Below, in pieces: positions 18,809 to 28,597 of a stretch of 64,000 nt of DNA. Under the pieces are notes generated by a model, which saw nothing but the letters and a program-made list of their open reading frames with translations, was not told the DNA's origin and did not search any database. Position 1 is the stretch's first letter. Every line of letters begins with the position of its first letter. The DNA comes from Candidatus Bathyarchaeota archaeon (lineage in GTDB: Archaea; Thermoproteota; Bathyarchaeia; Bathyarchaeales; Bathycorpusculaceae). The DNA lies in the NCBI GenBank assembly GCA_963702095.1, contig OY969706.1:992001-1056000 (forward strand), written 5' to 3'. Position numbers and translations under genes: made by a program.

Positions 18809-19982
18809 TTGCTTTTTCCCTAAGCCTCTCTCTAATATTGGGCATAGCCGCCATAGTTCTTAACCAATCTGGCAGTTGTGCCCTCACAGGGTTTTCCATG
18901 TATTTTCTGCCCCCTGACATGATAACTGAGCTTAATGAGTCAACGTTTGTTTCTTCCTCATGCCTATCAAAGATTAGTCTGTTGCAGGTAGCATCCGCAT
19001 GGTATTGCCTGATTTTATCTTGCGCTAACCTTCTATATGCAACTTGGAGGCTGGTGAGGAAGGGTTCTGTAACATCGATGTTTTCTGTTTCAGCCAATGT
19101 CCGCAGCAGGGTTACAAAGGTGTCTTCAGCGGTTTTAAGTAAGCCGTTGCCGTCTATGGGTTTATGTCTGTGGTCGTAGACGCCGAGGTCGACTTGACAG
19201 ATGCGTCCGTAAGCCGCATTCCGGTAGACTTCGGAGAGTAAACCCAGTTCAAGCCCCCAATCGCTAGGCACCCTTAGGTGGGTTGCTAGGTCTCCGTAGA
19301 CTGCGATTTCGCCTGCAAGCGGATAACTAAAGGATTGCATGTAAGTTAGGAATTTTGAATACCGAAGTTTCTCCTGCAACACTTCTAGGATTGGATTGAT
19401 GAACAATCGGTGTATGCGCCCATAAAACCGTTTGTTTTCTAGACTAATCCTTGCGTAGTATCCTTTGGCGAAGAAGAAATCAAGTTTCGGCTCAATAACA
19501 GGGTAGAGCATCTTTGTGGGCAACATTTTTGTGTAGGAAACTATGTCGGCGTCATGCATTGCGAATGCAAAAAGGTCTATTGATGCTATCCCCATTGCCA
19601 TCCAGACATCTTTGCCTTTTCCTGAATGCTGGGTAACGTCTAATCCTTTGCTTTTAAGTTCTTCTAGAACCGCAAGCACCTCAGGCTTGTTGCACCATAT
19701 TACTTCGCAGGGGATTTTGAAGCTGCGACTTACTCTTAGGGCTTCCTCGTATTCATGGGGGTCTTTAACTGTTAGGGCAATGTAGACTTTGCTTAAATAA
19801 CGGCACTTATTTATTTCCTCGACGATTTTTGGTAATCCGGGACCGTTGATGTCGCTTCCGAAAATTGGGATTATCAAGCCTGAGGGAAATTTTTCTTTAA
19901 GGCTTAACAGGTTAGTTGATAATTCATCAAAATCCAAAAAGAAATCGTGAATATTAGCAATCTTCCGCTGATCGATATTCAT
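18798..19982 (-). CDS. gpgS: glucosyl-3-phosphoglycerate synthase
   Basis: GKGKDVW, HDADI, KGYYAR, YPLAGE, WGLELG, YDHRH; overlaps the phosphatase gene. Confidence 0.8.
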   Translation of the reverse strand: MNIDQRKIANIHDFFLDFDELSTNLLSLKEKFPSGLIIPIFGSDINGPGLPKIVEEINKCRYLSKVYIALTVKDPHEYEEALRVSRSFKIPCEVIWCNKPEVLAVLEELKSKGLDVTQHSGKGKDVWMAMGIASIDLFAFAMHDADIVSYTKMLPTKMLYPVIEPKLDFFFAKGYYARISLENKRFYGRIHRLFINPILEVLQEKLRYSKFLTYMQSFSYPLAGEIAVYGDLATHLRVPSDWGLELGLLSEVYRNAAYGRICQVDLGVYDHRHKPIDGNGLLKTAEDTFVTLLRTLAETENIDVTEPFLTSLQVAYRRLAQDKIRQYHADATCNRLIFDRHEEETNVDSLSSVIMSGGRKYMENPVRAQLPDWLRTMAAMPNIRERLREKAIEQ

Positions 19983-20112
19983 CGGTTACCACTTAACTAG
20001 TATAGTGCTCGATAATAAAATGTCTTTCAGTCATTTTCTGAATGCCCACACAGGGGTTTCTATCTTTAGTTTTAGTTTGTTTTTGAGGGGCTGGTTGGAA
20101 AGTAAAAAAACA

Positions 20113-20847
20113 TTAAGCGAATCCTGTTTTTTCATCCAGCCAAACCGCCCATTTAGGCTTGTTAAACCCGTTACGTTTGCCAGCCCAGTAACCCCAAACC
20201 GCCCCAAGCACTGGCGCAACCACAACCATAAACACAAAGTACTCAGCCGACCAGAAATACCGAAGCAACGGACGAGCAAACGTAGCCAACACTAACCCCA
20301 CCACAAAGAAAGCCAATGCGAAGCCCAGCCATGCCCCGCCCAACTGGTAAGCTATCCGCATACGCTTCTTCATGCGCTCAGAGCCCAGCGGAGGCGGATT
20401 CACCATCATTTTGTACCCAAAGTAAGACATAGGTAACCATATGGCACAGCCGATAGAAGCCTGAATAAGCCGCGTGTAATCAATCGAGCCTAGAAGGTAA
20501 AACACGACGAAACTTGCCCAAAGCACCACTTGCCCCACCGCCAGCAGCGACCAATAGATTTTTTGGGCTCTGCGTTTGCGGGCTAAGTCGGCTTGAGGTG
20601 GGAAGTTGTGCAGAACTGAGTAGGCGATTTTTCCCTTTTCGGTTAGCTTGTATTGTCCGTCGCTGTTTTTTTCTATGAGGTCGCCTAGCACTTTTAGGTG
20701 GTAGTTTAGCAGTCCAGTGCTGCCTGTTTCGGAGGTTTCGAGCAGTTCCGTGTAGCCGACTGCGCCTTTGGATTCGAGGATGCTGATTATGGTTTGGCGG
20801 TTTGGGTCTTTTAGTATCTTGTAGAGGTTGGATAGGTCGCTGCTCAT
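20113..20847 (-). CDS. ArsR-like winged HTH fused to membrane domain
   Basis: KILKDPNR..STGLLNYHLKVL..Y.LTEKG followed by four TM segments. Confidence 0.8.
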   Translation of the reverse strand: MSSDLSNLYKILKDPNRQTIISILESKGAVGYTELLETSETGSTGLLNYHLKVLGDLIEKNSDGQYKLTEKGKIAYSVLHNFPPQADLARKRRAQKIYWSLLAVGQVVLWASFVVFYLLGSIDYTRLIQASIGCAIWLPMSYFGYKMMVNPPPLGSERMKKRMRIAYQLGGAWLGFALAFFVVGLVLATFARPLLRYFWSAEYFVFMVVVAPVLGAVWGYWAGKRNGFNKPKWAVWLDEKTGFA

Positions 20848-21302
20848 GTAGCCTACTTTGTTGACGTCGGATTTAGGGTTTTTTGACTGCAAAAATAGTC
20901 AAGGCCAAAAGAGGCTTTTTCTAGTGATAGAAAAAGAGAGTATCGCCCTTGCTCTTCTTTTTCCTGTGGGTTGTGTGGGCGACTGCTTTTTTGCGTCGGC
21001 GTCTGGTTCAAGCTGCAGGCGGGTTGTGCAAACCGCCACAAGTTCCGACGGGGGCCCTAAGAATGTTAATTGTAAGAATTCAAACCGATTCATAACCGCG
21101 AGGTTGCGTTATCTTGGCTTTTTCTGGGTAATCTGTTTTTGTTTTTAGCCCCTTTATTATTACTTGGAGACCAAAGTCAAGAAGTTCAGTAGGTGGATAC
21201 TCTTTGTATTCTTCCGTTATTGTGCTTTCCTTTGTTGGGGTAATGTTTTTAGGTTCTAGCTCTGTTTTGCTAAAGTCACTATTAACATCGAGATTGATTA
21301 GC

Positions 21303-23762
21303 ATGCAGCCTATGCCTAAAGACTACAACCACACTGAAATAGAAGCTAAATGGCAAGCGAAATGGGAAGAAATGGGCATCTACCACTACGACTGGACCGA
21401 CAAAACCCGCCCAGCCTTCAGCATCGACACCCCGCCGCCGTATCCCTCAGGCGAATTGCACATGGGCAACGTTTTGAATTGGGCGTACTTTGATATGGTG
21501 GCGCGGTTCAAACGCATGCAAGGCTACAACGTGCTGTTTCCGCAGGGTTGGGACTGCCACGGTTTGGGCATAGAAATCCAAGTGGAGAAAGCCCACAACA
21601 TCCGCAAACGCGATTTGCCTCCTGACCAGTTCCGCGGTATGTGTATGGCGTTGGTTGAGAAGTACATTGCTATGATGAAGGAAAGGCCTCCTTAAACTCG
21701 GTGCATCCATCGACTGGACTACCGAGTATAAGACGATGAACCCCGACTACTGGCGTAGGACGCAGTTAAGCTTCATTCTGCTCTATGAGAAGGGCTTCAT
21801 GTATCAGGGCACACACCCCGTTAACTGGTGTCCCCGAGACGAAACAGCCATCGCCGACGCCGAAGTCGACCACATCAAAAAAGAAGGCACGCTGCACTAC
21901 ATCAAGTTCTACTTAGCTGGAAGCGAAGAGTTCCTTTTAATTGCTACTTCACGCCCCGAATTCGTCCCCGCATGCGTCGCGGTCGAAGTCAACCCAAAAG
22001 ATGAACGCTATAGCGAATACATCGGCAGAAAAATCAGTGTGCCACTGATGAACCGGGAAGTCATTATAATCGCTGACGAAGCGGTTGACCCCAAATTCGG
22101 CACTGGAGCGATGCAAATCTGCACGTATGGCGACAAAGAAGACGTGAAAACAGTCATAAAACACAAGCTCCCAGTCATCCGCCTCATCACCCAAAACGGG
22201 CAGATCAGCGAGGCAGGCTGCAAATACGCTGGGTTATACGTTAACCAAGCCCGAGCAGCCATCGTCAAAGACCTTTCAGAAGCTGGTTTGCTTGAGAAAA
22301 GCGAGAAGGTCCAGCAGGAAGTCGGTGTCTGCGACCGCTGCAAGACACTGGTCGAAATCCTTGAGGTTAAACAGTGGTTCATGAAAACCATGGAGTTAAC
22401 CGCCAAGGTTGAGGAGAACGCTAACGCCATACCCTGGTACCCCGATTACATGCGTAATCGCCTCATCGACTGGGCAAAAGCGCTGGATTGGGACTGGGTG
22501 ATTAGCCGCCAACGCCTCTTTGCCACGCCGATTCCGGTGTGGTACTGTCGGGGCTGCGGCGAAGTCGTCGTCGCCAAACCCGATTGGGTGCCCATCGACC
22601 CCAAACTTGAAGGCCCCAAAATCGATGGGTGCCCCAGATGCGGCGGCAAAGACTTCGCGCCCGAACAAGACGTTATGGACACTTGGATGGATAGCTCCAT
22701 CACCTGCGCCGTCCACGCCGGCTGGCCCGACCGCGAGGATTGGCACCGCCTGTTCCCCGCAAGCATGCACCCATCTGGCACAGACATCATCCGCACTTGG
22801 GCATACTACCTCATGGTCCGCCACCTCGCCCTATTCGACGAACGCCCCTTCAACAGCGTGCTTATCAACGGCATGGTTTTGGGTGCAGATGGCAGAAAAA
22901 TGAGTAAGTCCCTGAAAAACTATGCCGCTGCTCCGGAGACGCTTAACAAGTTTGGCGCTGACGCGGTGCGGCAGTGGGCTGCGGGTGGAGGAGCAACGGG
23001 CTCGGACATTCCCTACCGCGTGCAGGACGTGGAGTATGGCCGGCGCTTCTTGGTTAAGCTGTGGAATGCTTCGGGTTTCGCCAGCAACTTGTTGGCAAAC
23101 TATGACCCCAAAGACCAAACTGAGCCCGATTACCAACTCCTTGACAAGTGGATACTGAGCAAAACCGAAGCCATCACCAAGAAAATCACGGAATCCTATG
23201 AGAAATGCCAGTTCAACATAGCCATCGAAGACATCCGCAACTTCACCTGGCACGTCCTATGCGACTACTACTTAGAAGCCATAAAAGACCGCCTCTACCA
23301 ACCCGAAGCCTACGGCAAAGCCAACGTAGCCGCAGCGCAACGCACCCTCTACGAAGTCCTCTACCGCATGCTGCAGCTTCTGGCGCCTGTGGTGCCTCAC
23401 ATGGCTGAGGAAATTTACCAGTACATGTACAAAGACGGAAAAGGTTACCTTAGCATACAGGTTTCAGAGTCGCCAAATTCAACCCTGCCCTAGTGGACGA
23501 GGCGGCGGAGAAGGACGGCGACTTGGTAGCGGCAGTTATGAGTGAAATCCGCCGTGACAAAGCCGAAAACAAAAAACCACTAAACGCCCCCATCAAGAAC
23601 CTCACGGTAAATGCCAAGGCTGAATCAGCCGCAAAGGCAATCCGCCAAGCAGAAGCAGACATCAAAGCCACGCTGAAAATCGAGGCAATCATCATCCAAA
23701 CTGGAGCAGCCGACGGCAGACAAGTAGCCCAATACGAAGTCTACATAAAACCCGAATACTAA
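21303..23762 (+). CDS. valS: valine--tRNA ligase, split by two frameshifts (~21686, ~23475) that are probably sequencing errors
   Basis: DTPPPYPSGELHMGN, GWDCHG, DWVISRQ, KMSKS across three consecutive ORFs. Confidence 0.93.
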
Positions 23763-23771
23763 GGCGATTGT

Positions 23772-24509
23772 ATGGCAAAAAAAGTTGGTTTAATCGGATG
23801 CGGCGCAATCGGCACAGTATTAGCTGAAGCCATTGACCGCAAACTCGTCATCTGCGACTCACTGGTCGTTTTTGACACTGATGCCGCCAAAGCCCAGAAA
23901 CTAAAGGCTTCACTTAAATTTCCAGTGAAAATAGTGGGCAGCATCGACCAACTGCTCGAAGCCAAACCCACTGTGGTTGTGGAAGCAGCGGGGCAACAGG
24001 CCGTTCGCGATTACTACGGACAACTCGTGGACTCAAACGCTGAAATAATCGTGATGAGTACCGGCGCGCTTCTTAGCTTAAACGTGTTGGACCCCAAAAT
24101 CCATTTTCCAGCTGGTGCAATCGGCGGCTTAGACGCGCTAGCCGCTGCAGCCAACGCAGGCATTAACGAAGTCACTTTGACCAGCCGCAAAAACCCCCGG
24201 GCACTAAACAAAACCAGCACCGAAGAAGAGGTTGTTTACGAGGGGACCGCGAAAGAGGCGGCAAGGCTATTTCCAAGGGAAATGAATGTTGCGGCAACCC
24301 TCGCGTTGACAGTTAAGCCGGTGCAGGTAAAAGTCAAAGTCATAAGCGACCCCAAAGTCACACGCAACACACACGAAATCCAAGTCAAATGGCGGTTTGG
24401 CGAGATGAACCTTGAGTTTGCCAATGCCCCCCACCCAGACAACCCACATACAAGCGCATTAGCAGCTTGGGCAGCAATACGGCTGCTACAAACGCTGCTG
24501 ATAAAATAA
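23772..24509 (+). CDS. nadX: L-aspartate dehydrogenase
   Basis: GCGAIG, EAAG, GAIGGLD, NVAATL, HEI, NPHTS. Confidence 0.88.
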   Translation: MAKKVGLIGCGAIGTVLAEAIDRKLVICDSLVVFDTDAAKAQKLKASLKFPVKIVGSIDQLLEAKPTVVVEAAGQQAVRDYYGQLVDSNAEIIVMSTGALLSLNVLDPKIHFPAGAIGGLDALAAAANAGINEVTLTSRKNPRALNKTSTEEEVVYEGTAKEAARLFPREMNVAATLALTVKPVQVKVKVISDPKVTRNTHEIQVKWRFGEMNLEFANAPHPDNPHTSALAAWAAIRLLQTLLIK

Positions 24510-24529
24510 TTATTTACGGTTCCAGAAGC

Positions 24530-24785
24530 TCAAAATAGTTTGTTGAATTCTTCCACTGAAAGGTCAACTTCCTTAATGATTGTGCGCAACATTCCTTTAC
24601 CCAGCGGTTTATGAGCGGGAACAACAATTAATGTCTGGTTTTTTCTGCAACCGAACATGGAAATGAACTTTTGGCTGTCAACCAGACGCATTACTATATG
24701 GCTACCTTTCTGATTGCTCAACATACCCGATACCTGCAAGTGCTTTGACTACCCTGTCATAATCAATAACTTTTAACTTAGACAC
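24530..24785 (-). pseudogene. hicA: HicA-family toxin, frameshifted near 24720
   Basis: GTG-SKLKVIDYDRVVKALAGIGY in one frame; NQKGSH...VVPAHKPLGKGMLRTI in another. Confidence 0.65.
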
Positions 24786-24953
24786 TTACTTGCACCGTTT
24801 CAACAGGCACAGGGTCACCATTCGCCTTCAAATCTTCCAGATATGCCTGTATCGCTTCCTTAACATTTTTCATAAGCTCCTGCTTTGTCTTTCCCTCGGT
24901 AGCACACCCAGGCAAATCGGGAACACGTGCAACAAGGACGCGCACTAGCAGCA
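24778..24953 (-). pseudogene. hicB: HicB-family antitoxin with atypical or lost N-terminus
   Basis: VPDLPGCATEGKTKQELMKNVKEAI HicB core. Confidence 0.65.
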
Positions 24954-25414
24954 TGGGCAGCGATAAGACTACTGCAGACTTTACTGCAGTAACGCTTTTT
25001 TCTGTTAGCCTACCCATTTTTGATAATCATAAAGTTGCAATATAACGGAAAATCCATTAGCGAAGCCTTAGCTAAATTCCGTACTAAGAGCTACCAAGCG
25101 AATGTATATGATTTTAGGAAAAATAATGGCAGGCTCAAGTACTGATATTGCAATTTCTCGATTTTTGACATACTGAGTTTCCAGCCATTTAATGAAAGGA
25201 CTGACTGTACAAGAAGACATTCCTCAAATTCACATTCACGCACCTGAAAAATAACAGCTAAGCCGTAGTGACCCTGATAAAAAGAGGACTCACAACCGAT
25301 AACCCAAGAACTGCCGAAAAGTAATCCCCCAAACCAGCTTATTTTTGAAATTGCCCTTTTTCTTAGGTTTTTTTAACCTGAACTTGCTTATAATCGGGTT
25401 TTGGGTTTTCTGTG

Positions 25415-25585
25415 AGGTGACGGGCGAACAGATACTGTTTGGGCATTGCTAGTGTACATCCCCCACGGGGCTTGAAGAAGACGCCTCAACCAACCTGCAC
25501 CCCGTCCCGCAAGCTAACACAGAAACAGGCGCCGCAGCCAAGGCCTCTGAAAGATGATTAGCAAGGGGCACTCTATCTTCTTCTA
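25415..25585 (+). ncRNA. candidate structured ncRNA with RNase P RNA-like motifs
   Basis: GC-rich intergenic block after TTATAAT (25388); GAAGAAGA, ACACAGAAAC, TGAAAG, GCAAGG in order; GAAGAAGA complementary to TCTTCTTC at 25576. Confidence 0.4.
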
Positions 25586-25696
25586 ATAATAGAAAAAAAA
25601 ACAAACCGCCAACAGAGCCTAAACCAGCATAGACACTCCAAACAGGAAACCAACAGACATTGCCTTGGTCTGCTAACCGGTTCCCAGTGTAGAGGT

Positions 25697-25943
25697 TTAA
25701 GTGACTATTTCTGCGTCAGCGGCACCTGCAGTCAAGTTTGTTATCCTTACTTTCACACGCTCGTCTAGTTTGGCGTTTTTAACAAAGACGGGGTAGTTCT
25801 TGATTTTTGCGACGCCTTCTCCGTTTGGGGCTATATCGAAAATAGTTACTTCAAATTCTTCCCCAATACTCATTGGGTATTGTCCGATTTTTCCTCGGTT
25901 CTTGGCGTTTCTTGGTGCTCGCTTTTTTGGACTAAAGATACAT
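25697..25943 (-). CDS. stand-alone TRAM-domain RNA-binding protein (absent from ORF track)
   Basis: MSIGEEFEVTIFDIAPNGEGVAKIKNYPVFVKNAKLDERVKVRIT from 25873; RBS-preceded ATG at 25943 is one base out of frame. Confidence 0.85.
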
Positions 25944-26003
25944 CAGCCTCTTTTCATAATATTGCCTTTTACAAACATAAGGGTTTTGATAGTGACCGAT
26001 CAA

Positions 26004-26252
26004 TTATCGGAACCCCCTGGTTTCATAAATCAACACATGATCGGCTTTAATGTCCATAACTAAGTCGTGCCCCTCAACTATTTTTCTTAAGCCACTAATG
26101 TCTTCTCTAGAAAATACTCCTTTAATGTTTATGCTGTATCCTCTAAACGATGGCTTAGCCTTCTGTGGCAGGAATGTAAATGTGGCTCCGTCTAAACCGG
26201 GGCATCGGTCCACTATTTCCCTCATTAAAATGGCGATTTCTGCTAATAGCAT
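26004..26252 (-). CDS. hypothetical protein
   Basis: 82-aa ATG ORF, family not recognised. Confidence 0.5.
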   Translation of the reverse strand: MLLAEIAILMREIVDRCPGLDGATFTFLPQKAKPSFRGYSINIKGVFSREDISGLRKIVEGHDLVMDIKADHVLIYETRGFR

Positions 26253-26472
26253 AATAGTAAATCAGTATACACTTAATTAAAAAGTTGGCGTGTGGATTGC
26301 TACGTTTGTTGAGTAAAATCTCTTGTTTCTATGATATGAGGGCGATTTAGAGGGCAATGAGTGGATGGGTGTATTGGCTGTAACCCGCTTAGGGCTCAGT
26401 AATCTCTCGGACACTCTTCACACATTTTTAAATCCTACACCCATTTTTTATTGCGGTATAGTTACAAGCTTT

Positions 26473-27462
26473 TCAAATACTAATTCGGAAAGCCCAATGC
26501 AAGTATGCACTAATATCCCTTGAAAGAACCAACGAAGGCTCAACATAACAATGAAGATTGCACTTTTGGCAGTTACTTATTTTTTTCCAATCAAAATCCG
26601 AGACAGCGCCTCTAATGCCACCCTCAAAGATAGACCTACAGCTTGCATAGTCATTGTGGACATAGCAAGGCAAAACTACGTTTCCATTGGGGTCAATATT
26701 TATCATTGTCCAAGGCTTACAATGCCAGTTTTTCTCTTTAGCCATCACTTTCAAATAACCGATTGAGTTAACAATTGGATAACCTTCCCGCTTCATTCTC
26801 ATAAGACTATGCGCTATTTTCGGTATCTTGCTTTGAGCAGGTGAAGATACATTGGTGTTGCAGTACTCATGAGCTACTGCTACAGATATTTTTGTGCCTA
26901 ACTCATCTGCTAATTTAACCATGCTTTCTATTTCATCGATGTTCTCCTTCATTATTGTCGTGTTAATAGTTACTGAAACTTTTTCTCTTGCTTCACCTAT
27001 ACCGTTCACAGCTTTTCTAAAGCTTCCCTCAACCCCTCTAATGGAGTCATGAGTTTTTTCTTGCCCATCTAATGAAACATAAACAACACCGTTGATGTAT
27101 GGAGCAATCTCGTCGATTCGGGATTCAAGTAGCGTACCATTAGTTATGAGACTAGTATGCAAAGGCAGAGAACGTGAAAAAGCAAGGATACTCGCCAAAT
27201 CACGCCTAAGAAGCGGTTCCCCACCTTCAAATGCAACTCCACAAGCGCCCGAATCGTAAACATGTTTTAGAATTGTTTTCTCCTGTTCTAAACTAGAATC
27301 ATGTTGAATTCTTTTCCAAAAAGGGCACATCTTGCATTTGAGGTTACAATTATAGGTCAATTTGTGACCGCAAAAAAAAGGAACCTTTACGCCTAAAACG
27401 TTTAAGACCAGGCCACGGTAGACCCTTAGCCCTAGCCAAAATGGTTCTATTTGATGCCTCAC
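26473..27462 (-). CDS. radical SAM protein with Cys-rich C-terminus
   Basis: CNLKCKMC, GGEP, SLDG, C-terminal CxxCxxxC. Confidence 0.9.
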   Translation of the reverse strand: MRHQIEPFWLGLRVYRGLVLNVLGVKVPFFCGHKLTYNCNLKCKMCPFWKRIQHDSSLEQEKTILKHVYDSGACGVAFEGGEPLLRRDLASILAFSRSLPLHTSLITNGTLLESRIDEIAPYINGVVYVSLDGQEKTHDSIRGVEGSFRKAVNGIGEAREKVSVTINTTIMKENIDEIESMVKLADELGTKISVAVAHEYCNTNVSSPAQSKIPKIAHSLMRMKREGYPIVNSIGYLKVMAKEKNWHCKPWTMINIDPNGNVVLPCYVHNDYASCRSIFEGGIRGAVSDFDWKKISNCQKCNLHCYVEPSLVLSRDISAYLHWAFRISI

Positions 27463-27678
27463 AGTTTTTTCTTCAATGCAACCCTTAAAAACTAATCCTC
27501 AACTCCAAATCAACTTAACTCAAATCTAACATCAAAAAAACACGTACTTTCCTCTTTTATACATAACGTTTTACTCTTTTCTCAAGCGTTAACTTTCTGT
27601 AAAAGACAGAGCTCTTGCATGCGAGAAGATCCCTTCTTCTACGACGGCGGACGAGGGAATTTAGGGGTCAAAAGCCCG

Positions 27679-28593
27679 TTACTCCAAGAACTGACTCAAG
27701 TACTTTGTGATTGCCTCGTAGGCTTGTTGTTCCTCGGGTCCCAGTCGACTGCCGTTTTCGTCGGTGCCGACTATTTGTTCGCCGTTGCTTTCGGGGACGG
27801 GTTCATTGTATTTGATCCTAAACACGCATCGAACCACCACTTCCATGTCCACCTCAAAAGTGAGCAGCGGATACCTCACGCCCGGCAATACTACATCGTA
27901 CTTTCCCTCTGACTTGCGCTCGACCAAGAAAATCTTGGCTTCCCCCAACGCCAAAAGACTCCGCAGAAGCGAACCCCCATACGGCGGGAGAGTGGCTTGC
28001 TCAATTTTGCGGGCGCACTGTTTTGCCTCCACGATTTTGGCGGCTAACACGTCGCTGCCCCAGAGTTCAACGCCCAACCGCTGCGCCTCCGCGGCTGCCC
28101 CATCCGTGAACTGCGTGGTTGCGATGAGGATTGTGCGGCTGCATCCATGGGTGCATTGGGCTTGCTGGGAAACCAAAAAGATCGCCTCTGACACTGCATG
28201 GCTAACCGGGTATTTGCGGGCTAAAACAGCAACCTTCTCGCCGTTTAACGCCACCACAAAATCAACGCCCCCATCAACTGCGCATCGGCTCTGGATTTCA
28301 TAGCCCAACTCTTCAAGCATCCACTGCACGAAAACCCCGAACTCCTTCTGCGAGAGGCACCCAACCGTGTAAGCGGCTACTTTTGCGGCAACGTCCGTTT
28401 TGGGGTTTTTCTCCAGAATCCTCCGCACTCCAACCTGTACATTCCCGGTCTGGCGGTGCTCCTTTCTTATTCTTGCCGCCAACACCTCAGCCTTATCCAG
28501 CGGAACCCCCAACCTGTCCCCCAAAAACACTGCTAAGTCGCCGTCGGGTTGCTCCGAGCACTCTTTTAGGATGCCGCTGTATTTTCGCTTCAT
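27679..28593 (-). CDS. Mrr-like restriction endonuclease domain protein, possibly degenerate
   Basis: EF..FV..LEELGY, DGGVD, VLARKY (canonical QxK altered), TTQFTDGA, VELW. Confidence 0.65.
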   Translation of the reverse strand: MKRKYSGILKECSEQPDGDLAVFLGDRLGVPLDKAEVLAARIRKEHRQTGNVQVGVRRILEKNPKTDVAAKVAAYTVGCLSQKEFGVFVQWMLEELGYEIQSRCAVDGGVDFVVALNGEKVAVLARKYPVSHAVSEAIFLVSQQAQCTHGCSRTILIATTQFTDGAAAEAQRLGVELWGSDVLAAKIVEAKQCARKIEQATLPPYGGSLLRSLLALGEAKIFLVERKSEGKYDVVLPGVRYPLLTFEVDMEVVVRCVFRIKYNEPVPESNGEQIVGTDENGSRLGPEEQQAYEAITKYLSQFLE

Positions 28594-28597
28594 CGTT

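Noticed and set aside
21670-23500. valS breaks as programmed frameshifting, readthrough or a split gene
   Set aside because: Both breaks are single-base changes in short A-runs in an essential gene, and similar indels occur elsewhere in the window; sequencing error is simpler
26365-26444. 9-bp inverted repeat ATGGGTGTA/TACACCCAT as a MITE
   Set aside because: Single copy, no target duplication seen, may be chance or a terminator
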